The notes below the pieces were generated by a model. It saw only the letters and a list, made by a program, of their open reading frames with translations. It ran no database searches and had not been told where the DNA came from. From positions 2,156 through 66,155 of the forward strand of contig JAWOHV010000198.1 of NCBI GenBank assembly GCA_046484965.1: a DNA stretch of 64,000 nt. The letters run 5' to 3'. Made by a program: the position numbers and the translations under genes. The stretch is from Prochlorococcaceae cyanobacterium. Lineage in GTDB: Bacteria > Cyanobacteriota > Cyanobacteriia > PCC-6307 > Cyanobiaceae. Position 1 is the stretch's first letter. Each line of letters opens with the position of its first letter. Shown here piece by piece: positions 53,644 to 60,469 of the stretch.

Positions 53644-53908
53644 ATGATCTACCTCGACACCAGCGTGGTGGTGGCACAGCTGACGCCAGAAGATCGCAGC
53701 CCGCAGGCTCTCGACTGGTTTGCGCAGTGCCGCGAAGCCTTGATTCAGCAGCGACTGGCTGATTACCGAAACCCACAGCGCCCTGGGTATCAAGCAGCGC
53801 CACCACGGCCTCAGCCCTGAGGCCCGCCAGGCAGCCTGGGACCAGTTGGAGCGGCTGCTCCATAGACGCTGCAGAGCAGGGTGTCGACCTCGCTGCGCTC
53901 AGTGGTAG
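53644..53908 (+). pseudogene. vapC: PIN-domain VapC toxin, frameshifted at about 53745 and lacking its C-terminal half
   Basis: MIYLDTSVVVAQLTPEDRSPQALDWFAQCREAL (first PIN Asp present). One extra T (ttgaTTcag, versus ttgatcag in the paralogue) shifts the frame. The continuation, ISSDWLITETHSALGIKQRHHGLSPEARQAAWDQLERLL, is in the +1 frame and runs into the yoeB 3' end. Confidence 0.7.
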
Positions 53909-54168
53909 CGGTAACGGCAGGCCAGGATCACCAGTGTGCACCCCTCCAACCGGTAGATGAGCCGATGCTCGTCGTCGATCCGGCGCGACCAGCAGCCCGA
54001 GAGGTTCTCCCGCAGCGCTTCCGGTTTGCCGATCCCCACAAACGCGTCGCGCAGACAGGCCTGGATCAGCTGGTTGATCCGCTTCAGCTGTCTGCGGTCC
54101 TGCCCCTGCCAATGGAGATAGTCCTCCCAGGCGGCGGGAGTCCACGCCAGCCGCTCAGCTGCCGGCAT
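53899..54168 (-). CDS. yoeB: YoeB/Txe-family toxin
   Basis: 89 aa. AWEDYLHWQGQDRRQLKRINQLI...GIGKPEALRENLSGCWSRRIDDEHRLIYRL...ACRYRYH is near-colinear with E. coli YoeB as I recall it. Confidence 0.93.
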   Translation of the reverse strand: MPAAERLAWTPAAWEDYLHWQGQDRRQLKRINQLIQACLRDAFVGIGKPEALRENLSGCWSRRIDDEHRLIYRLEGCTLVILACRYRYH

Positions 54169-54430
54169 CGAGCTGGTCGGTGTCGAGCAGTGGGTGCGCC
54201 AGCAGCTCCCCGCGTTCGGCCTGCTCCAGGGAGCGCTGCAGGTGGGCGGCGTTTGCGGGAGAGCGGAGCAGATGCACCGTTTCCATCAGGCTGTTGTAGG
54301 TGTCGAGCGACATCACCACAGCGCCCTGGGCGTGGCGCCGGGTGATGAGGGTCACATCGGCATCGGCTTCCACGCGATCGAGCACCGCCTTGAAGCTCTC
54401 GCGGGCCTCGGAAAAACTGACGACCTGCAT
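54155..54430 (-). CDS. yefM: YefM/Phd-family antitoxin
   Basis: From the ATG at 54430, MQVVSFSEARESFKAVLDRVEADADVTLITRR...VVMSLDTYNSLMETVHLLRSPANAAHLQRSL. It overlaps the yoeB start by 14 nt. Confidence 0.92.
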   Translation of the reverse strand: MQVVSFSEARESFKAVLDRVEADADVTLITRRHAQGAVVMSLDTYNSLMETVHLLRSPANAAHLQRSLEQAERGELLAHPLLDTDQLDAGS

Positions 54431-54435
54431 TGCAC

Positions 54436-54453
54436 TGTCCAACAACCTGTACA
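54436..54453 (-). promoter_or_regulatory. Candidate YefM-YoeB operator: TGGACA and TGTACA cores 12 bp centre-to-centre
   Basis: The minus strand reads tatgct-gtTGTACAggttgtTGGACAgtgca-ATG. The cores lie at 54448-54453 and 54436-54441, with a -10-like TATGCT at 54456-54461. Confidence 0.4.
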
Positions 54454-54509
54454 ACAGCATAGGGCTCGCAGTCATGCAGCCATGGCGTCCCGGTGGTTAT
54501 TGACGTGGA

Positions 54510-56767
54510 TCACGGATCGGAAATCAGCGCATACCCCATGGCCCGATAGCCCCGCAGTCGCCGCTCCCACATGCGTAGCGGCACTGGGTGGCCGAGATCG
54601 AGCCAGTCGATGATGCGCACGCTGGTTTTCTCCGCTTGCTGCCGGTGCATGCGGCCGGCGACTTGCTGCAGCGTGCCTTTCCATGACACGGGCAGCGCCA
54701 GCAACAGGGTGTCGAGTGGTGGATGGTCGAAGCCTTCACCCACCAGACGGCCGGTGGCAAGCACGATGCGGGGTGCCTCCGGTGGCAACGCTTGCAGCGC
54801 GGCCAGGGTGGCGCTGCGCTGGCGTGCGCTCAGCCGCCCATGCAAAAGGAACAGGTTCGGCACCTCCCCAGTCAGAGCTGCGGCGATCGTCGTGATGTGA
54901 TCGGTGCGCTCACTGAGCAGCAGCAGCTTGCGCCCCTCTTCCCAGCAGGTAAGGGCCTCGGCCACGATCCGATCTGTTCGGTGTGGATCCTCCGCCAGCC
55001 GGCGCATCAGCTCCTGAATCGGTAGATCAGTGGGTAGCGCTTGGAGTTCATGGGTGCGGCTCACCAGTTCCAGGGTCTGGGGCGCCCCGGCGGGCCGCTC
55101 GGCGGTGTGGCGAATCGGTCCGCACTGCATGAACAGGATCGGCTGTAGACCGTCGCGGCGCACCAGGGTGGCCGACAGCCCGAGCACGTAGCGGGCCTTC
55201 ACCTGGCGCAGGATCGCCTCAAAGGACGCCGCCGCGATGTGGTGGCATTCGTCGACAATCACCTGCCCGTAGGCCTGCACCACGGGGTTCACGTTGCCCT
55301 TGCGCACCAGCGACTGCATCACGGCGATGTCGAGCTGGCCGGTCGGCTTGGCCTTGCCGCCACCGATGTAACTGGCGCAGCAGCTCGGCGCGATGCACCA
55401 GCACCAGGGTGTTCACGCCCCGCCGGGCCAGGATCGCTGCCGCCACGACGGTTTTGCCGAAGGCCGTCGGTGCCTGCAGCACGCCGATGTCATGGCGCAG
55501 CATCGCCTCCACCGCAGCCTCCTGGTCAGCGCGCAGCTGGCCCGCAAACATCAGCTCCAGCACTGAGCCCCTCTGGCGTTCATCCACCAGCTCCCAGCCG
55601 ATCCCCTGCTCCTGCAGCAGGGCCTGCACTGGTTCCAGGCAGCCGCGCGGCAGGGCGATGTGTTGCGGGAAGTTCTCAGCGCAGCCGATCACCCGCGGCT
55701 TGTCCCACACCGACTGGCGCATGGCCTGGGCTTTGAAGAACGCTGGATTGGCAAAAGCGGCGAGACGGATCAGGCGATTGAGCAGTGGCTGCGGCAGGCC
55801 CGAGCGCTCCACATAGAGGCGATCAGCCAGGGTGAGGGTGATCGAGGCGGGCAGCGGTCCGCTGAGCTTTGTTGGCGCTGGAGGTTGCTTCCAAGGAGTC
55901 CCCAGGTCCTCTTCATCGATGAAGCTCAGATCGAGCGGATGGGCGCCGCCGGTCACGCTCTGAATTACGGCCTGCAACTCAGCGACCGAGTACCGCTGAA
56001 CGGTCCCCAGATAGGCCCACTGATCGGGATAGGGACTCAGGTCGTCATCCACGAATACGCTGCAGCCCCGCTGCCGGGCTTCCTTCTGCAGCGGCAGGGC
56101 GATCAGGTTCCCGAAGCCGCCTTTCGGCAGGCTGTCCTGGTTGGGAAACAGCCGGTCATAGGAGCTCAGCTCCAGCTGGCGTGTCGAGGAGCAGGTGTGG
56201 CTGATCAAGGCGGCCCCTAGCTGGCGAGCCTCCCGCGCCGACACGGCCTCCTCGAAGAACACCCACACGTGGGCGCCCTTGCCGGAGCGGGAGATTTCCA
56301 GCGCTGCGGGCACCGCCAGCTCCCGACAAGAGCGCATAAAGGCCCGGGCGTCGTCCCGCCAGTCCTGCTCGTCAAAGTCGACAGCCAGCAGGTGGCAATG
56401 GTCGTTTTCCAGCAGGGGGTAGAGGCCGAGGGTGTTGGCAATCGCGGCAGGCAACGCGCGGTTTCTCACACAACCCTGGCTGCCACTCATTGGCGCAGGC
56501 CGGCGCATAGCCGGAGCGCCCGCTGCTGGTGCTCTGCCAGCGCAGGGCATAGACGTCGTCACGGCCGCGGAAGAGACGCCGGAACAGCGCCACCTTCTCC
56601 TGAGGCGAAAGAGGAGCATGGGCGGAGGGGCGAACCGAAATGGGCGAGGGTTCTGCTCGGGCAGGTCCGCCGGAACTCCAGGCGATACCGTGCGCCTCCA
56701 GCAGCCCAATCAAGCGAGCGTTCTCCCGGCGTAGCTGATCCAGCTCAGAGGGCTTGGAGTCGGCCAT
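54510..56767 (-). pseudogene. Archaeo-eukaryotic primase (AEP)-like domain fused to an SF2 DEAD/DEAH helicase, split over three reading frames
   Basis: Three overlapping minus-strand ORFs in different frames give consecutive parts of one protein. ORF 56372..56767 gives the N-terminal coiled coil plus LFRRLFRGRDDVYALRW...GYAPACANEWQPGLCEKPRVACRDC. ORF 55219..56709 gives GLYPLLENDHCHLLAVDFDEQDW...SRSGKGAHVWVFF...YDRLFPNQDSLPKGGFGNLIALPLQ...LQAPTAFGKTVVAA. ORF 54510..55322 gives IVDECHH...LGLSATL...RMWERRLRGYRAMGY. Confidence 0.85.
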
Positions 56768-56779
56768 GGCATGGATCCC

Positions 56780-57139
56780 TCAGGCGAGGCCGATCCCCAG
56801 CACCCCCAGCAGGGCCCGTTCCAGCTCCGTCAGTTCCTCGGGGCTGAGGGTCGTGAGGGGGCCATCACCCAGGCGGGAGCGATCCAGAGAGCGCGGCTGA
56901 TCCGCCATCGCGAAGGAGTCGCAGAGCAGGCGGTCGCGGGCGCGGATCGGTACCCGCAGTGCCCGGGCGCCGAGGCGGTCCTGGGTGGTGAGGGGCACAA
57001 CCACCACCGTGGCCAGGCCGGCCTGGGTGATCGGATCGGCCTGGAGAATCACGACCGGACGCAGCTTGCCCACCTCCGCGCCCTGATTGGGATTCAGACG
57101 CGCCACCCAGATCTCACCCCGACGCATCAGCGCCACCAT
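56780..57139 (-). CDS. mazF: MazF/PemK-family toxin
   Basis: MVALMRRGEIWVARLNPNQGAEVGKLRPVVILQAD...VVVVPLTT...ADQPRSLDRSRL. Its stop lies 12 nt upstream of the primase-helicase ATG. Confidence 0.88.
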   Translation of the reverse strand: MVALMRRGEIWVARLNPNQGAEVGKLRPVVILQADPITQAGLATVVVVPLTTQDRLGARALRVPIRARDRLLCDSFAMADQPRSLDRSRLGDGPLTTLSPEELTELERALLGVLGIGLA

Positions 57140-57444
57140 GGCTGGGGCGTCGGCTGTGCGGGTTGGTCCTGGGAGGCGGCCACTTCCGCCAACGCCAGGG
57201 CTTCGCTGTCGGCCGGCAGGAAATCTGCCGCCACATCCAGACTTTCGGCCCGTGCCGAGCCATTGCTCGCCAGCGCTTCGGCGGCAGCGACGAGCCCGGC
57301 CATGAAGCGTTCCTGCTCCCGGCGGCGCAGCAGCTCCTCCAGGGCTTCGCGGATCAGCTCCGAGCGCGGCTGACCGCAGTGGCGGGCCTCCTCGCCCAGT
57401 CGGCGCTCCAGCTCGTGGGGCAATCGCAGGCTGAACGCAGCCAT
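57127..57444 (-). CDS. Ribbon-helix-helix (CopG-like) antitoxin
   Basis: MAAFSLRLPHELERRLGEEARHCGQPRSELIREALEELL is a classic RHH N-terminus. It overlaps the mazF start by 13 nt. Confidence 0.8.
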   Translation of the reverse strand: MAAFSLRLPHELERRLGEEARHCGQPRSELIREALEELLRRREQERFMAGLVAAAEALASNGSARAESLDVAADFLPADSEALALAEVAASQDQPAQPTPQPWWR

Positions 57445-57455
57445 GCGTGATGCAC

Positions 57456-57480
57456 TGACAATATGTATTCCATACTGTCA
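57456..57480. promoter_or_regulatory. Imperfect palindrome tgacaatatg-tattc-catactgtca upstream of the RHH antitoxin gene
   Basis: Arms pair at 9 of 10 positions. It sits in the 33-bp AT-rich gap between the relE stop and the RHH start and overlaps the relE stop codon. It is a candidate RHH operator. Confidence 0.4.
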
Positions 57481-57789
57481 TGCACGAGGTGGTGCGGCAA
57501 AGTCTTCTCGGCGCTGATCAGCCTGGCGGTAGACAGCATTGCGCTCCCGCGTGCCCACCGCCACAACCAGCACCAGCACCTCGCAATCCCGCACTTCGTA
57601 GACCAAGCGGAAACCAGTGGCGCGGAGCTTGATCTTGTAGCGATGACTGGAGCCCCGCAGCTTGCTGGCGGGAATCCGCGGTTCGATCAGTCGTTCGGCC
57701 AGCTTCTTCTTGAACTGCTCCCGGATCCCTGCGCTCAGGGTCTGCCATTCCCGCAGGGCCTCGGGATGAAAGGCCAGCTCATAGCTCAT
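57478..57789 (-). CDS. relE: RelE/StbE-family toxin
   Basis: From the ATG at 57789, MSYELAFHPEALREWQTLSAGIREQFKKKLAERLIEPRIPASKLRGSSHRYKIKLRATGFRLVYEVRDCEVLVLVVAVGTRER. Confidence 0.88.
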   Translation of the reverse strand: MSYELAFHPEALREWQTLSAGIREQFKKKLAERLIEPRIPASKLRGSSHRYKIKLRATGFRLVYEVRDCEVLVLVVAVGTRERNAVYRQADQRREDFAAPPRA

Positions 57790-58033
57790 CGAGGCTGACC
57801 CGCAGCGGCTCCTGCCCATCCGCCAGCCGGGCATCGGCAATGCGGCCCAGCTCCAGGTCTTCCACGAGATCCATGAGCTCCTCGTAGGCCTTGGCCGGAA
57901 CGCAGTAGAAGGCCGGCTCATTGCGGTTGAGCACCGCGACCGCCATCCCCTCACCGGCCGCCACGGTGGCCATGGGGTTCTTTTTGTGTTCCGAGATGCT
58001 CACGGCGGTCTCGGTCAGCACGCGGTGCGCCAT
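57779..58033 (-). CDS. Phd/YefM (StbD-like) antitoxin
   Basis: MAHRVLTETAVSISEHKKNPMATVA...VAVLNRNEPAFYCVPAKAYEELMDLVEDLEL. It overlaps the relE start by 11 nt. Confidence 0.88.
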   Translation of the reverse strand: MAHRVLTETAVSISEHKKNPMATVAAGEGMAVAVLNRNEPAFYCVPAKAYEELMDLVEDLELGRIADARLADGQEPLRVSLDEL

Positions 58034-58291
58034 CAGGGGGTCAGACCAGCTCAGGACCGCATAATAGGTCGCTTTTCAGGTCTCGTATTCGGTCGGCCCA
58101 CTGCGGCGACCCGGGCCGGCCAAGGACGGTCCAATCAGGCCATGAGACGACTCGGCAGTGAGAAGCCCTGTGAGAAGGTTGAGTCAATCGCGGGTATCAC
58201 CCGTCATTCACAGTCAACCTCTGGCATGCTGCCAGCGCGTGCCAGGCAAGATGATTGCTTGAGGAACAGCAAATTTAAGGCCTGGACTGAA

Positions 58292-58363
58292 AGCGGGTGA
58301 CCGGATTCGAACCGGCGACGTTCAGCTTGGGAAGCTGACATTCTACCACTGAATTACACCCGC
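58292..58363 (-). tRNA. tRNA-Gly (anticodon CCC), 72 nt, CCA not encoded
   Basis: Hand-folded. Acceptor stem GCGGGTG/CACCCGC, D-stem ATTC/GAAT, anticodon stem TCAGC/GCTGA with loop TTCCCAA, variable loop ACGTC, T-arm GCCGG-TTCGAAT-CCGGT, discriminator T. Confidence 0.95.
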
Positions 58364-58420
58364 ATTATTTTAGTTTAGCAAGCCGTCACCCCAGCGCCTG
58401 GAGTGACGGCTGCGCCTGAA

Positions 58421-58861
58421 TCAGGGCTTGCTGGCCGGGGCTCCGGGGCAATTCACCCCGGCCTGCAGCTCCTTATGGGCCGCGATCACGGGTTGCGCCT
58501 TGCTCTTGAGGGCGCTGGCGGCGGCCTCGAGGGTCATCGCCTTGTCTTTGGCCACGCTGGCCACGTCCTTGCGGAAAGCCTTGGCCTGCACTTGGAAGGC
58601 GTCCAGACGAATTTTCTCGAGCTTGGCTTCTGAAGAGTTCAGGGCTTTGAGGGATTTCTGCAGCTCCTTGCCGGCGGCTTCGGCCTCCCCAACGCTCGAG
58701 CTGGGCCTGAGGGCCGCCGCTTGCTCCAGCGCGTCGCCCACCCGGGCGAGCTTGGCGCAGACGTCGACTTCGGCCTTGCGAGGGCTTTCCTGGCAGCCGA
58801 CTGCAGCCAGACAGAGCGCGCCGGCGGCGGCGAGACTGAGAATCCGGGTTCTGGGGCGCAT
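58421..58861 (-). CDS. Hypothetical helical lipoprotein
   Basis: 146 aa with a signal peptide and lipobox (LCLAAVGC), followed by an Ala/Lys/Glu-rich helical region. Confidence 0.6.
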   Translation of the reverse strand: MRPRTRILSLAAAGALCLAAVGCQESPRKAEVDVCAKLARVGDALEQAAALRPSSSVGEAEAAGKELQKSLKALNSSEAKLEKIRLDAFQVQAKAFRKDVASVAKDKAMTLEAAASALKSKAQPVIAAHKELQAGVNCPGAPASKP

Positions 58862-58885
58862 GGTGAGCTCGATTCGCTTTGAACT

Positions 58886-60040
58886 TTAGGCAGCCGCCAG
58901 GGCCGCAGCCGCGGCAGCAGCCCCTGCTCCTGGGTTGCCCTGGTGCAGCCCCAGCTCCTGCAGGGTGGCCTCGATCGCGGCCACGGCGGTGAGCACGTCG
59001 CGGTCGGCCACGAAGCCAAGGTGGCCGATGCGGAACACCTTGCCCTTGAGGTGGTCCTGGCCGCCGGCCAGCAGGATGTCGAAGCGTTCCTTAACGGCCT
59101 TGCGCAGGGTTTCGGCGTCGATGCCCACGGGGGCCACGGCGGTGATCGCCGGGCTGCCGTGGCCAGCAGCTGCGAAAAGGGGCAGGCCGATCGCCTGCAT
59201 GCCGGCCTGGGCGGCGGCGCGGTGGCGGGCATGGCGGGCGAAGATCGCTTCGAGCCCTTCGGCCTGCATCATCGTCAGGGCTGCTTCCAGGGCGTAATAG
59301 AGGTTCACCGGCGGCGTGAACGGGTTGCTGTTCTTGGCGGCGGTTTTGCGGTATTTGCCCAGATCCAGAAAGAACTTCGGCAGATCGGAGTGTTCGTAGG
59401 CGGCCCAGGCCCGATCGCTCATCGCCACAAAACCAAGGCCCGGCGGCATCATGTAGCCCTTCTGGGAGCCGGAGCCCACCACGTCCAGGCCCCAGGCGTC
59501 CATGGGCACGTTGCAGGCGCCGAGGCTGGTGACGCAGTCGGCAATCGTGAGCGCGGTGCCGTGGGCGCGCACGTGCCGGGCGATCGTTTCCAGGTCGTTG
59601 ATCACCCCGGTGGAGGTTTCTGAGTGGGTGAGGATCACCGCCTTGATCGCCTTGGCCGTGTCGGCCTCAAGGGCGGCTCGGAAGGCTTCGGGATCGAGCG
59701 CTTGGCCCCAGTCGGCCTTGATCACCTGCACGTCCAGGCCAAAGACCTGGGCCAGCTTCACCCAGCGCTCGCCGAATTTGCCGTTGTCGCCGCAGAGCAC
59801 CCGATCGCCCCGGCTGAGCACGTTGATGATCCCGGCTTCCATCGCCGAGGTGCCGCTGCCGGCCATGGCCAGCACGGTTGCACTGGTTTGGTGCAGCCAT
59901 TTCAGCTGGGCGGTGGTGCGCTTGACGATCTCCTGGAACTCGGCGCTGCGGTGGCCGATCGGATGGCGTGCCATTGCCAGCAGGACGGTTTCCGGCACCG
60001 GGGTGGGGCCGGGGATCATCAAGGTGAGCTTGTCCTGCAT
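58886..60040 (-). CDS. Class-V aminotransferase (serine-pyruvate/alanine-glyoxylate type)
   Basis: MQDKLTLMIPGPTPVPETVLLAMARHPIGHRS and GSGSQKGYMMPPGLGF (PLP-Lys region). The start is the ATG at 60040. The track ORF over-extends to 60214. Confidence 0.9.
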   Translation of the reverse strand: MQDKLTLMIPGPTPVPETVLLAMARHPIGHRSAEFQEIVKRTTAQLKWLHQTSATVLAMAGSGTSAMEAGIINVLSRGDRVLCGDNGKFGERWVKLAQVFGLDVQVIKADWGQALDPEAFRAALEADTAKAIKAVILTHSETSTGVINDLETIARHVRAHGTALTIADCVTSLGACNVPMDAWGLDVVGSGSQKGYMMPPGLGFVAMSDRAWAAYEHSDLPKFFLDLGKYRKTAAKNSNPFTPPVNLYYALEAALTMMQAEGLEAIFARHARHRAAAQAGMQAIGLPLFAAAGHGSPAITAVAPVGIDAETLRKAVKERFDILLAGGQDHLKGKVFRIGHLGFVADRDVLTAVAAIEATLQELGLHQGNPGAGAAAAAAALAAA

Positions 60041-60286
60041 GGGGCGGGAGAGGGGCGAGAGAATGGGCGCTGAGCGGCGCAGCCATTCGGCCGCGCAATC
60101 CGACACCTTAAAAAACGGCTCTTCCTGGGCCCCCATGCCCCCTGAAGCCGGAGCCATGCTGACCCTGCGCAGTGGCCTTGAGCTGCCGTGGAGGAGCACC
60201 ACTGCCTGGGGCACCAGGAGTGCAGCTCTCAGGCAATCCGATCGCCATCGGCGCGGGTAAACCCTCCGTCTCTTTTGGATCGAACC

Positions 60287-60469
60287 ATGCCTTCTCTTTC
60301 TTCACGCCTGAGCGCCGGCCTTGGCATCGCCGCCCTCTCGGCTGCCGCGCTCACCCTGTCGTCCTGTGCCGGCATCTGCGGCCCCCGCGGGGGTTGTGGT
60401 GGCAAGCAGGAACAGAAGGCTGGAGGCTGTGGCGCCGCCAAGCCGGCTGACTGCGGTGCCGCACGCTGA
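60287..60469 (+). CDS. Small Cys-rich lipoprotein (60 aa)
   Basis: MPSLSSRLSAGLGIAALSAAALTLSSC (lipobox), then AGICGPRGGCGGKQEQKAGGCGAAKPADCGAAR. Its stop overlaps the next ATG (cTGATGc). Confidence 0.5.
   Translation: MPSLSSRLSAGLGIAALSAAALTLSSCAGICGPRGGCGGKQEQKAGGCGAAKPADCGAAR

Larger units (their letters stand above)
51350..58291. mobile_element. Eroded genomic island adjacent to the 3' end of tRNA-Gly(CCC); left boundary uncertain and no integrase seen
   Basis: The content is exclusively TA modules, TA remnants, a broken primase-helicase and an orphan. It is flanked by core-synteny genes and ends 258 bp from the tRNA 3' end. Confidence 0.5.

Noticed and set aside
54510-56767. Programmed ribosomal frameshifting as the explanation for the three-frame primase-helicase
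   Set aside because: Neither junction has a slippery heptamer that I could see. Both junctions coincide with apparent loss of about 20 conserved residues, which fits deletions better than recoding. A sequencing or assembly error remains possible and is listed as a check.
58382-58410. Hairpin gccgtcac-N13-gtgacggc between the lipoprotein gene and tRNA-Gly
   Set aside because: It could terminate the lipoprotein transcript on the minus strand. However, it has a large loop and no clear U-tract, so I did not call it as a terminator.
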